Source: Candidatus Bathyarchaeota archaeon (lineage in GTDB: Archaea; Thermoproteota; Bathyarchaeia; Bathyarchaeales; Bathycorpusculaceae). From it: DNA of 64,000 bases. The stretch's first letter is position 1; every line of letters begins with the position of its first letter. A program made the translations under genes and the position numbers. Of the stretch, positions 48,030-57,335 are shown in pieces. The notes beneath the pieces are model-generated. The model was not told where the DNA came from. It ran no database searches and saw only the letters and a program-made list of their open reading frames with translations. The stretch spans positions 704,001 to 768,000 of the forward strand of contig CAWGZR010000005.1 in the NCBI GenBank assembly GCA_963827165.1. The letters are read 5' to 3'.

Positions 48030-48708
48030 CTAAAAATCCCTTGAATATAGTGCTAAATATTTCTATGCCTGACTTAAATGGTTTAAGTTTGGTCTTCCCA
48101 TATTTGCGCGGTTTGTAAGTCGTGGGGATTTCAACCATATTGTATCCGACTTTGGCGAATTGGACCAGCATTTCGGTGGCAAACGCCATGTCTCCTTCTA
48201 CCAATGGAACGTTGTCGATGCATTCATGTGATATTGCCCTGAACCCTGATTGGGTGTCGCTCAGTAGTTGGCTGTAAAAGAAGTCGTAGACCAAGGTTAT
48301 GATTTTGTTTCCGATAAAATTCGTGAATCCCATGGCTTTTTTCGGGTCAAACATGCGAGTGGCTAAAACCATGTCTGCGTCTTTCTCAAGCATTCTTTCA
48401 ACCAAGCGGTTGATGTGTTTGACCTCGTAGGTTCCGTCGCCGTCAACCATGACTATTATGTTTCCCTTCGCGTTTTTCATACCTGTTCGAAGTGCTATTC
48501 CGTAACCGCGTCTTGGCTCGAGAATTAGCCTGCAAAAACCTGTGTCTTTAATGAGCTCCATTGTCCCGTCTGTAGAGTTGCCGTCGACGACGATGATTTC
48601 GTTTGGGTAAGCTAGCTCTTTGTGGATGGTGTTTACTGCTTCAAGTATGTTTCCTGCCTCGTTGAGTGTCGGAATGACTACCGAAACCAATTCGACTTTT
48701 GATGTCAT
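47971..48708 (-). CDS. GT2 glycosyltransferase (DPM1-like)
   Basis: 'VIPTLNE', 'VDGNSTDGT', 'RGYG.AL', 'VDGDGTY', 'DTQSGFRA'. Confidence 0.9.
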   Translation of the reverse strand: MTSKVELVSVVIPTLNEAGNILEAVNTIHKELAYPNEIIVVDGNSTDGTMELIKDTGFCRLILEPRRGYGIALRTGMKNAKGNIIVMVDGDGTYEVKHINRLVERMLEKDADMVLATRMFDPKKAMGFTNFIGNKIITLVYDFFYSQLLSDTQSGFRAISHECIDNVPLVEGDMAFATEMLVQFAKVGYNMVEIPTTYKPRKYGKTKLKPFKSGIEIFSTIFKGFLDADTVRTCQKHWRENRLKR

Positions 48709-48751
48709 GGCTAACTCCTATCTTGAAGGCTATACTGTTTTCGCATCATGA

Positions 48752-49909
48752 TTAAATAAGCTCTTCGTATATTTCCACGAGAGATTCAACGTTTCGCTCC
48801 CAGCTATACTTTTCTTCCACCGCTGCTCGAAGCTCCAACCCACACGAGGATAACTCAGCATGGGAATATTCTAAGACTGCCCTAGCCATTGGCTCCGGCT
48901 GATTAGGCGGCACCAAAGTCCCACAATTTTCCATCAGAATTTCCCTTATTCCACCAACGTCTGTAGCTACAACCGGCAAGCCACATGCCATGGCTTCAAG
49001 CGCAACCAAAGGCAAGCCTTCCCCAGATTTTGACGGCAACACAAAGAAGTCAGCCGCGTTATAGCAAAGGGGCAAATCAACGTCGCTGACAAAACCCGTC
49101 AACCGAAAATTATTTTCTATTCCCAGTTGCCGAATTCTTTCTTGAACCCCCTTTTGGTCTGGTCCCTTTCCAACAACAAGGAAAACCAAATTAGGATTCT
49201 TCTTGACTGCAAGGTTCGCGCTTTCAATCAATGTGTCGATGCCGTTCTTGTAAACAAGTCTCCTCACCGTTAAGGCCACAACCGCGTTTTTGGGCATCCT
49301 AAATTTAATTCTCATTTCTTCGCGTTTTCCTGGCAGATGCCTGAAATGGCGCAGGTCCACCCCGTTGTGGATGACTTTGATTTTGTTTGGTTTTGCACCT
49401 AAACCAAGAACGTACTGTTTGGTTGCGTTACTTACAGCGATGATTCTGTCTGCTTCTCTTAGCGTCTCTTTCCCCACAGATAGGTCGTTTAGGCGTTCCA
49501 CGTTGTCGAACATATTGTCGTACTGGATGAACGTGTTGTGCTGGGTCAAAACGAACGGTTTGTTGTATCCTTTTGCAAGTTTAGCAGCGATCAACGAGGT
49601 CAAATATGGGTGGCCGTGTGCGTGGACTATGTCGGCTGCGTTTACGGCTTTAAGGAAAGTTTGTAGGCTTGTCGGGGTCGGGATAGAGTAAGGTATGCCG
49701 AGGCGGAATCCGGTGTTTAACGATTCATAGCACTGGACGTCTATGCCATCAACGGTGTAAGTTTTGGGGGTGTTGATGCGGTTGGTCACAACCATGGGCT
49801 TAAAGTTTAGGTTCATCAGCCGCTTGCTCTGTTCATAAACAACCTTTTCAATCCCGCCAACATGAGGCAGAAAAGTATGCGTAACAATGCATAAACTTGT
49901 TTGAACCAT
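48752..49909 (-). CDS. GT4 (GT-B) glycosyltransferase
   Basis: 'PHVGGIE', 'HNGVD', 'KNG', 'EGLPLVALEAMACGLPVV'; ATG 49909 preferred. Confidence 0.9.
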   Translation of the reverse strand: MVQTSLCIVTHTFLPHVGGIEKVVYEQSKRLMNLNFKPMVVTNRINTPKTYTVDGIDVQCYESLNTGFRLGIPYSIPTPTSLQTFLKAVNAADIVHAHGHPYLTSLIAAKLAKGYNKPFVLTQHNTFIQYDNMFDNVERLNDLSVGKETLREADRIIAVSNATKQYVLGLGAKPNKIKVIHNGVDLRHFRHLPGKREEMRIKFRMPKNAVVALTVRRLVYKNGIDTLIESANLAVKKNPNLVFLVVGKGPDQKGVQERIRQLGIENNFRLTGFVSDVDLPLCYNAADFFVLPSKSGEGLPLVALEAMACGLPVVATDVGGIREILMENCGTLVPPNQPEPMARAVLEYSHAELSSCGLELRAAVEEKYSWERNVESLVEIYEELI

Positions 49910-50636
49910 GGAGCCCAACTGCGTAACCTCCACAACCAACATACGATAATAAGCCTTATGGTAAATCCCCAACCAAGCGCGGAAGATAGAAAAATTTCAG
50001 ACTGAAGTGTCTAACCAAGAAACGGGCGTTCTGAAGCCAATGTTTATAAAACTCTTGGAAGGTGACTAATATTAAATCCGTAATTCGTTTCATGAGCGTA
50101 AATTGAACCTGGATGTTCAAAATTTCATTTTATTCGCTCTTGATGGGGCTTGAATCGGGGTTGAATTTGTAAAATATTGCCAAACTGCGCCTTTATCTTA
50201 CGAAAAAGTGAACTTGTGCACCATGGTTTTGTGGTGACTTTGAACTTGGGTGACGTTGATTTGCAGTGAAAACGCGGTAACTTGACTACGTTCGTAAAAG
50301 TGGTCTGAGTTGAGAGATTGCGCCGCCTTAAAATCGTTTTCAACAGCCACTCAGATGTGAACCGCTGACTAAATAGTAATGCTTATATGAAAAGGTTGGA
50401 TAAACCAACCAGTCGTGGGCTGAATAATTTGTTGAACATCGAGAAAAGACCGTTTGTCCCAATCAACTTTCTAACAACTGACCGATTATCTGGATGTTTG
50501 ATGGCTAAAACCCCGTTTTGTTGCCCAAATTGTTCTGAGATTAACACTTCAAATCATTTGCAGTTTACATTCACTTGGACCCAACGAAGAACAGAAGGTA
50601 AATCGTGAAAGAATATTTAGGGAGGAAGAAATTAAA

Positions 50637-51323
50637 ATGAAAGTTGTTGCGGCTTGGAGCGGCGGAAAAGACAGCGCCTATGCAGAGTACTTGGCAACCC
50701 AGCGGGGCCTCGAAGTAGTCAACATTTTGACCATGATGATGAGCAAGGAAAAATCAAACTTCCACATGATACCCGCAGAGATTCTGGATGCACAGTCAGA
50801 CGCCATAGGCATCCCCATAGTGAAGCAGCAAGCCACCCCAAAAACATACGAAGATGACTTCAAAGCTGCGCTGCGGCGTTTCAAAACTGACGGCGCCGAA
50901 GGCTTGGTGACAGGTGACATCTACGAGGTAGCTGGACACGAACAGGGTTGGCTGGGCAGAGTGCTCAAAGAAGTCGGTTTACAACCGATAAAGCCGCTGT
51001 GGATGCTTGACACGAAGCAGATTTACCTTGACTACCTGAAAACAGGGTTTAAGGCAACAGTGGTTAGAACCAACCTGGAGAAGCTGGGCGTAGAGTGGCT
51101 TGGGCGGGTGCTTGACAGAAAATTCTATGACGACATCCTCAAACTCGGCAACGTTGATCCGTGCGGCGAAGGCGGCGAATACCACACTGTTGTGACAGAT
51201 GGACCGACATTTAAGAAAAAGATTGAAATTCTAGAAACACAAAGACACAAGCTAGACAGCGGCTTCGGATACCTCGAAATCAAAAAGTTCGAAGTCAAGC
51301 CGAAAGGCAAGGTAAAACCGTAG
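50637..51323 (+). CDS. DUF71/Dph6-family ATP pyrophosphatase paralog D (canonical motifs), first gene of the cobT-cobS-cobY operon
   Basis: 'WSGGKDS', 'FH', 'TGDI', 'PLW', 'DPCGEGGEYHT.V.DGP.F'; GGAGG RBS. Confidence 0.9.
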   Translation: MKVVAAWSGGKDSAYAEYLATQRGLEVVNILTMMMSKEKSNFHMIPAEILDAQSDAIGIPIVKQQATPKTYEDDFKAALRRFKTDGAEGLVTGDIYEVAGHEQGWLGRVLKEVGLQPIKPLWMLDTKQIYLDYLKTGFKATVVRTNLEKLGVEWLGRVLDRKFYDDILKLGNVDPCGEGGEYHTVVTDGPTFKKKIEILETQRHKLDSGFGYLEIKKFEVKPKGKVKP

Positions 51324-51324
51324 A

Positions 51325-52425
51325 ATGGACCAATCACTCGATGTAATAATTGCCAATAATGAGCTGAAAGCGAAGGCTTTTCTGGATGAAGTGGCAGGCA
51401 AAAACCCACTTTTCATATGCACAATCGGCACCACGGAAACCGGCAAAATCGCAGGGATATCTGCGGCTGGAGCAAACCCCGAGTTCACGGACTACACTCC
51501 GCCAGCCGATGCTGAACTGCTTCTCTTAGGCAAATGCAAATCCATCAACGGTGTTCCTATAACTCCAGACGGAATCCCCACGCCTGGGTTGATCACGAGG
51601 TCGGCTTTGCAACTCGCTAACATTCCCGTGCTCATAGCCAGCGGCGGGGTAAAGGTGAAGCCTCAGATTCCTTTTTTGGATTTGGGTGGAAATCCAGGAA
51701 GGGACATTCGAAGCGGCAATGCAGTTGACAATGTTGCGGAAGTTATTGAACGCGCTAAAGTTGCTGGACAAAACCTGGCAAAAGCCGTGGATTACCTTGT
51801 GATTGGCGAAAGCATTCCAGGCGGAACAACAACCGCGCTTGGCGTCTTATCTGCTCTGGGAGTGAAAGCAGAAGGAAAAGTAAGCAGCACGCTACCTCAA
51901 AATCCTCACAGTTTGAAGGCTGAAACGGTTCGGTCGGGTTTGACAGCTGCAGGCGAAGATTTCGGCACTTTAGCGAAGGATCCTATTCGGGCTATTTCCT
52001 GTGTTGGCGACCCCATGATGGCGGCCTTTACGGGTTTGGTTATTGGGGCATCAAGTCAGGTTCCTGTTTTGATGGCGGGTGGCACTCAGATGAGCGCTGT
52101 CTTGGCCCTGATTAACGCTTTGGAACCCGATGTTCTGTGCAACGTGGCTGTGGGCACAACTCGCTGGGTTGCGAAGGACAAGTCATCTGACCTTAAAGGA
52201 ATTGTGAAGCAGTTCTGCGACGTGCCGATTTTGGCGGCTGACCTTAACTTTTCAGAATCCCGTTTTCCAGGCTTACAAATCTATGAGACGGGTCTAGTCA
52301 AAGAAGGGGTCGGCGCAGGCGGAGCTTCTATCGCTGCGATGGCGAAGCTTGGTGGCGCTGTAACGGCTGACCTATTGCTTAAAGAGATAGAGCGCAATTA
52401 TGGTTCGCTTATGGGTTTGAAGTGA
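51325..52425 (+). CDS. cobT: Archaeal-type nicotinate-nucleotide:benzimidazole phosphoribosyltransferase CobT (TIGR00303-like)
   Basis: 'GTTETGKIAGISAAG...YTPPADAE', 'PTPGLIT', 'GESIPGGTTTAL', 'AGGTQM', 'VKEGVGAGG'. Confidence 0.88.
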   Translation: MDQSLDVIIANNELKAKAFLDEVAGKNPLFICTIGTTETGKIAGISAAGANPEFTDYTPPADAELLLLGKCKSINGVPITPDGIPTPGLITRSALQLANIPVLIASGGVKVKPQIPFLDLGGNPGRDIRSGNAVDNVAEVIERAKVAGQNLAKAVDYLVIGESIPGGTTTALGVLSALGVKAEGKVSSTLPQNPHSLKAETVRSGLTAAGEDFGTLAKDPIRAISCVGDPMMAAFTGLVIGASSQVPVLMAGGTQMSAVLALINALEPDVLCNVAVGTTRWVAKDKSSDLKGIVKQFCDVPILAADLNFSESRFPGLQIYETGLVKEGVGAGGASIAAMAKLGGAVTADLLLKEIERNYGSLMGLK

Positions 52426-52426
52426 G

Positions 52427-53200
52427 ATGGCTATTAAAGAGCTCAAGAACCTGCTGTCTTTCCTCACAATCTTTCCCGTTGCAATGGACAAGGATATGCT
52501 TACTGACTGCGCAAAAGATATGTGGGCTTTTCCGCTGATCGGCTCTTTCATCGGTTTGATTGCCGGCGTTTTCGGTTGGGTTGCTGGCCAGTTTGTTCAC
52601 GGCTTAGTCATCGGCGGCTTAGTTTTGGCAGCTCTTTTGCTAATAACTGGGCTTCATCACACAGACGGGCTTCTTGATTTCGGCGACGGCGTCATGGCTC
52701 ACGGCACACCCGAACACAAGATTGCGGTCATGCATGACCAACTAACAGGCGCAGGCGGCTTATCCATGGGCATCATGACTATGCTTATCGCAGCCTTAGC
52801 CATCGGGCAATTAAGTGGCAATGGGCTTTTCAAAATTCCCCTGATAATCGGCGGCATCATCGCAGTTGAGGCTTCTGCGAAACTTTCGATGGTCGTTATG
52901 GCTTGGGCTGGAAAATCTGTTCATCAAGGCATGAACTCGTCTTTTCTTGAAGCCATGAGTGGAAGCAAAGGCACCTTGCGCTTGGTTGCTGCCGTTGCTA
53001 TCTCTTTCGCTGTTGCTTTGCCTTTCCTGGGCTGGGCGGGCGCTTTCGTTGTCTTAGCCGGCGTGATTACTAGTTTGGTGATGGTTGCGGTTGCCCACCG
53101 GCACTTCGGCGGGGTCACGGGTGACGTTTTCGGTGCCACAAACGAGATAACCCGAATGGTATGCGTTATCGTTTTGCTGGCGGTGGTTGCTTGGGTATAG
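52427..53200 (+). CDS. cobS: Adenosylcobinamide-GDP ribazoletransferase CobS, canonical copy
   Basis: 'SFLTIFP', 'TGLHHTDGLLDFGDG', 'MHD..TG..G', 'FGGVTGDVFGATNE'. Confidence 0.9.
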   Translation: MAIKELKNLLSFLTIFPVAMDKDMLTDCAKDMWAFPLIGSFIGLIAGVFGWVAGQFVHGLVIGGLVLAALLLITGLHHTDGLLDFGDGVMAHGTPEHKIAVMHDQLTGAGGLSMGIMTMLIAALAIGQLSGNGLFKIPLIIGGIIAVEASAKLSMVVMAWAGKSVHQGMNSSFLEAMSGSKGTLRLVAAVAISFAVALPFLGWAGAFVVLAGVITSLVMVAVAHRHFGGVTGDVFGATNEITRMVCVIVLLAVVAWV

Positions 53201-53814
53201 CCGCTCTTGTGATGGCTGGGGGAAAAGGGACCCGCATGCAAATCCAAGAAGAAAAACCCCTCATACGAGTCTGCGGAAAACCTGTTATAGAATACGTAAT
53301 TGCAGCATTGCAAAACGCCCAAAAAATTGACTGCATCTTCGTGGCAACAAGCGCTTGTACGCCTAAAACCGCCAAATACCTGAACGGATTTTCAGTTAAA
53401 GTGCTTGATACCCCCGGGAAAGACTATGTTTCGGATATGGGCTACGCGAGCCAAAACTTGAAACTGGGCGTTTTCGTGGCTATTGCGGCTGATTTGCCTC
53501 TTGTCACGAGCGAAGTGGTCGACACTATCGTTGAACGATATGAATGCTGCGGCAAACCCGCTCTTACCGTCGCGGTCCCCCTGGAAACAAAGAGGCGGCT
53601 TGGGATGTGTGTCGAGTACTCTTTTAAAATGGATGACAAAGATGTCGTTCCCGTTGGCATCAACGTTATTGACGGGCGCAAGAGGTACGGTGACGAGTGG
53701 CTTGATCAAGACATCTACCTGCTTGATCTGGACGAATTAGCCATCAACATTAACACAGTAAAGGAACTGCAGCTTGCCGAAAATTTTTTGGCTGAGCGAA
53801 AAACTTGTTTCTAG
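53191..53814 (+). CDS. cobY: Adenosylcobinamide-phosphate guanylyltransferase CobY, copy 2
   Basis: 'MAGGKGTRM...EKPL', 'GKDYVSD', 'ADLPL', 'PVGINVI', 'NINT'; TTG start overlapping the cobS stop. Confidence 0.85.
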   Translation: MGIAALVMAGGKGTRMQIQEEKPLIRVCGKPVIEYVIAALQNAQKIDCIFVATSACTPKTAKYLNGFSVKVLDTPGKDYVSDMGYASQNLKLGVFVAIAADLPLVTSEVVDTIVERYECCGKPALTVAVPLETKRRLGMCVEYSFKMDDKDVVPVGINVIDGRKRYGDEWLDQDIYLLDLDELAININTVKELQLAENFLAERKTCF

Positions 53815-54689
53815 GTTTTTTCTGTTTTGGTTTCCAGTATTTCTTTTAGTGTTTCCTTCATTTTTCTAGCGTCAACATCCAAAACTGGCGATTCGCATAT
53901 CATCGTAGGATGCATTTTGAAGTCGGCAATGACTTCAGCTAGCATGCGGAAATCTGGACCAAACCCTTCTTCGTTGAGGGTGTGATGTTTTTTCTCTCCC
54001 TGCGCAGAGAACTCGATTTTTGAGAAGTGACAGTGCATGCTCCTCAATGATTCCGTTCCCAAACGCTCTTCGATTCTTTCGGCAACTGCCCGAAAATCCT
54101 CGGTTTTCTTTAGGCTTCCTTGATGGAGGGCGTGGAGGTGCGCCCAGTCAATGACCAATTGCGTGCCTTCAATCTCTTGGTTGAGCGTCAGGATTTCATC
54201 CAAGCTGCCTACCTGGAATTTTCTTCCCATCGTTTCAGGTCCAAGCTTCACCCGAAGCCCTAGGTTTCGCATTTCGACGCTCACATCTTTTAGCGCGGCA
54301 AGGCACGTTTTGAAGGCGAAATCTTTTTCGAAGCGTCCGTAGAACCCCGTGTGGAATACCATTACGTAAGCTCCCATCCAATCTGCTGCGGTTGCTGATG
54401 CGATTAGCCGTCGTTTACTTGCCTCGACAACTTCGCGTGTGCCCGACAGGTTGATGTAGTATGAGCTGTGAAGGCTAAGCTGCACATCGCTCACTTTTGC
54501 TGCGGCACCCAGCTTCTCCGCCAGATTCTTGGAAATCTGTGGTTTAGGACCCCAGCGGACGGCCTCGTACTCAAGCGCATCCAAGTCTTCTTCACGGAGA
54601 AGTCGTGGAACGTCTGGCAAGTCTGCTCCCATAAGGCGAAACATCGGTGGAACTCCTGCAGGTCCAAAACGGGTACGCTCAGCCATCAA
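53811..54689 (-). CDS. nfo: Endonuclease IV (AP endonuclease 2 family)
   Basis: 'RFGPAG', 'SLHSSYYINL', 'VFHTG', 'PETMG....GSLDE', 'IDWAHLHA', 'HCHFSKIE..GEKKH', 'ICESP'. Confidence 0.88.
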   Translation of the reverse strand: MMAERTRFGPAGVPPMFRLMGADLPDVPRLLREEDLDALEYEAVRWGPKPQISKNLAEKLGAAAKVSDVQLSLHSSYYINLSGTREVVEASKRRLIASATAADWMGAYVMVFHTGFYGRFEKDFAFKTCLAALKDVSVEMRNLGLRVKLGPETMGRKFQVGSLDEILTLNQEIEGTQLVIDWAHLHALHQGSLKKTEDFRAVAERIEERLGTESLRSMHCHFSKIEFSAQGEKKHHTLNEEGFGPDFRMLAEVIADFKMHPTMICESPVLDVDARKMKETLKEILETKTEKT

Positions 54690-54764
54690 ATACCAGCTTT
54701 CTATTTTGGGTCGTCAAACATTAAAGTTTTCGTCTCCTTAAAACTTGCGTAAACCCGAGAGTAG

Positions 54765-55553
54765 CTAAAGATGGAGTAGATGAACTAATGTCGGGACAGG
54801 CACGTAAAGACGGATGTAGACGGCTGCGACTATTATTCCGATAGTAAGCGCCAGCAGTGCGTAATCTCCCTTGTGCAATTTTAGTGAGTAAAGGTTTGTG
54901 CGTTTTTTGGTTGCTCCCCAAGCTCGGCTTTCCATTGCCTCCGCCAACTCCAGGCTTCTTCGGATAGCACTGACTATTAGTGGAATGAGCACGGGCACGT
55001 AATTCCGTATCCGCTTCATTAAGCCTCCTTTCTCAAGCTCGAGCCCCCTAGCTTTCTGAGCGTCCATTATCGTTTGGGCTTCCTCAGCGAGTACGGGGAC
55101 GAAACGCACTGCTGTAGTGAAGGCGAAAGCGAATTCGTATGGCACGTGTGATTCTTCCAACGCCAAGCCGAGGTGATCTGGCGAGGTGGTTAGAAAGAAA
55201 ACTGAGAAGGATTCAACTAGCACCACGAAACGCAAGGTCAAAGCTAACGCGCTCTCTACGGCGGGAGGAGCCACCTTGTACCCTGCGTAGAAAAAGGACG
55301 TTCCAACGTTTACTGCGAAGATGACGACTGCCAAGAAAGCTGCCCCCCGCAACGAGCGAACCCATTGCCGCTGCACCCGCGCTAGAAAAACGAATGGAAT
55401 CTGTAGTGCGAAGAGAAAGAGCAGAGGGATGATCTGGGCGAAAATGATTGCGACGGCGAAAACTGATATTACATAGACGAATTTTATTCTGGGGTCTAGG
55501 TTGTGGATTGGAGAGTAAACTTTGCGGAATTTTAACCCGTCGAAAACGCTCAA
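54765..55553 (-). CDS. ecfT: ECF transporter transmembrane component T
   Basis: 'HNLDPRIK', 'RFVP', 'AQKARG', 'AEAMESRA'. Confidence 0.9.
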   Translation of the reverse strand: MSVFDGLKFRKVYSPIHNLDPRIKFVYVISVFAVAIIFAQIIPLLFLFALQIPFVFLARVQRQWVRSLRGAAFLAVVIFAVNVGTSFFYAGYKVAPPAVESALALTLRFVVLVESFSVFFLTTSPDHLGLALEESHVPYEFAFAFTTAVRFVPVLAEEAQTIMDAQKARGLELEKGGLMKRIRNYVPVLIPLIVSAIRRSLELAEAMESRAWGATKKRTNLYSLKLHKGDYALLALTIGIIVAAVYIRLYVPVPTLVHLLHL

Positions 55554-56374
55554 TGGGTTTTGCCTTCCTTGGCGTTTAAGATTATTTTTTCTGCCTCGTA
55601 AATGTCAATCACGTTCTTGGGAAAACCCAGCGGCGCCAATTTCGCGAATACTTGCGCTATTTGAGGAAGAACAATCGAGGATTCAGCCAAAACCTCGGCG
55701 TCAGTCAAAATTTCTTTTCCAGAGCCTTCAGCAACGATTTTCCCCTCCTTCATCAAAACAACACGGGGGTTGCATTCGGCGACGAATTCCACGTCATGAG
55801 TGACTATGACGACGGTTTTTCCTTGCGCCTGCATCTGCATAATGAATTGGGTTAGCTTTTCCTTTTGTTCGTGATCTTGGCCAATTGTAGGTTCGTCCAA
55901 AATCAGGGTCTGCGGGTTCCAAGCTAAAACCGAAGCTAATGCGACACGTTTCCGTTCGCCACCGCTTAAGAGGAAAGGTGAGGTTTTGCGGTACTGGCTA
56001 AGAGAAAGTAACTCAAGCGCCCACGTTACCCTTTTTTCAACAACGTCTGGCGTGAACCCGAAGTTTTTGAGGGCAAAAGCGATTTCTTCTTCGACTGTTT
56101 CGCTGAAAAGTTGGTGGTCAGGGTTCTGGAAGACAAAACCGACGTTTCTAGCGAGTGTTGCAACGCTGGTTTTGGTGGTTTCAACTCCGTTCACAATCAC
56201 TTTTCCCGAGGTGGGTTTCAGTAGCCCGTTGAAGTGCTTGACGAAAGTTGATTTTCCCGCTCCGTTTTGCCCCATTATCGCCAAGAACTCACCGTCTTTC
56301 ACTGTTAACGATACACCTTTGAGGGCTTCCACTTTGTTCGCGTATGAAAAGTGAATGTCCTGCGCCTCAATCAT
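55550..56374 (-). CDS. ecfA: ECF transporter ATPase (EcfA/CbiO)
   Basis: 'GQNGAGKST', 'FQNPDHQLF', 'LSGGE', 'LDEPT', 'THD'. Confidence 0.92.
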   Translation of the reverse strand: MIEAQDIHFSYANKVEALKGVSLTVKDGEFLAIMGQNGAGKSTFVKHFNGLLKPTSGKVIVNGVETTKTSVATLARNVGFVFQNPDHQLFSETVEEEIAFALKNFGFTPDVVEKRVTWALELLSLSQYRKTSPFLLSGGERKRVALASVLAWNPQTLILDEPTIGQDHEQKEKLTQFIMQMQAQGKTVVIVTHDVEFVAECNPRVVLMKEGKIVAEGSGKEILTDAEVLAESSIVLPQIAQVFAKLAPLGFPKNVIDIYEAEKIILNAKEGKTH

Positions 56375-57222
56375 TTAACTGCGAAAGCCTCCAACAGCTG
56401 GTCTGCTAACTCTTCAGAAGATAGGGGTGTGTTGTCGCCAACGTTTAAGCCGTCTTTTTTGAGCAACTGATAAAGTAGAGTTGCCTTTGGTATCCCTACG
56501 CCGATTAAGCGGGTTTCTGCCGAGTTTAGGATTTCCCTGGGGTTGCCTTCTAAACAAACTTTTCCCTCATCCATCACTACAAGGTGATTCGCGTACTTCG
56601 CCGTCAAATCCAGCCTGTGCTCCACGAGCACAACGGTTATGCCTTGTTTTCTGTTCAAATCGTAGATGACATCAAAAATTTTCTCGGCGCTAAGCGGGTC
56701 AAGAAAAGACGTGGGTTCATCTAACACTATGATTTCAGGCTCCATCGCCAAAACGGCTGCAATCGCTACCCGCTGCTGTTGTCCACCGCTGATTTCATGT
56801 GGCGACCGTTCCCGTAAATCGTAGATGCCTGTCTGGTTGAGTGCCCAATCCACTTTTTTTCTGATTTCTGCTCGAATAACTCCAAGGTTTTCCAGTCCGA
56901 AAGCCACGTCTTTCTCAACTGAGAGGGCAAAGAGCTGGTTTTCGGGGTTTTGGAACACTAGCCCTACTCGTTTAGCCATCTCGTAGGTATGGCGTTTTAG
57001 TACGTCTTCGCCTGCAACAGTAATTTCACCTTTGAGTTCGCCCTGATAAAAATGTGGGACTAACCCATTGAAGCATCGGCACAAAGTTGTTTTTCCACAG
57101 CCGCTTGGACCCGTGATTAGAACGAACTCGCCTTTCTCCACTTTGATGGAGACGTCGGCGATTGACGGTTTAGTTGCGCCCGGATAAGTGTAAGTGAGGT
57201 TTTTGGTTTCGATTATAGCCAT
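56371..57222 (-). CDS. ecfA: ECF transporter ATPase (EcfA/CbiO)
   Basis: 'GPSGCGKTT', 'FQNPENQLF', 'ISGGQQQR', 'LDEPT'; ATG 57222. Confidence 0.92.
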   Translation of the reverse strand: MAIIETKNLTYTYPGATKPSIADVSIKVEKGEFVLITGPSGCGKTTLCRCFNGLVPHFYQGELKGEITVAGEDVLKRHTYEMAKRVGLVFQNPENQLFALSVEKDVAFGLENLGVIRAEIRKKVDWALNQTGIYDLRERSPHEISGGQQQRVAIAAVLAMEPEIIVLDEPTSFLDPLSAEKIFDVIYDLNRKQGITVVLVEHRLDLTAKYANHLVVMDEGKVCLEGNPREILNSAETRLIGVGIPKATLLYQLLKKDGLNVGDNTPLSSEELADQLLEAFAVK

Positions 57223-57335
57223 ATTTGTGCCTGCACTTAAGCGTAAACGACTGTTCATTTAAGCGTAGCTACCCAACTTTGGCTGTTTTTTAAATCTACA
57301 CATATCCAAAAAGAAAACCCGTTGAGTGAAGATTT

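Noticed and set aside
49973-50636. Cobalamin riboswitch upstream of the DUF71-cobT-cobS-cobY operon
   Set aside because: The conserved B12-box elements could not be found by eye; an Rfam scan would settle it. The short ORFs here look spurious
50637-51323. Assigning the symbol dph6
   Set aside because: There are four paralogs and this one is operonic with cobT/cobS/cobY, so a diphthamide role cannot be assigned
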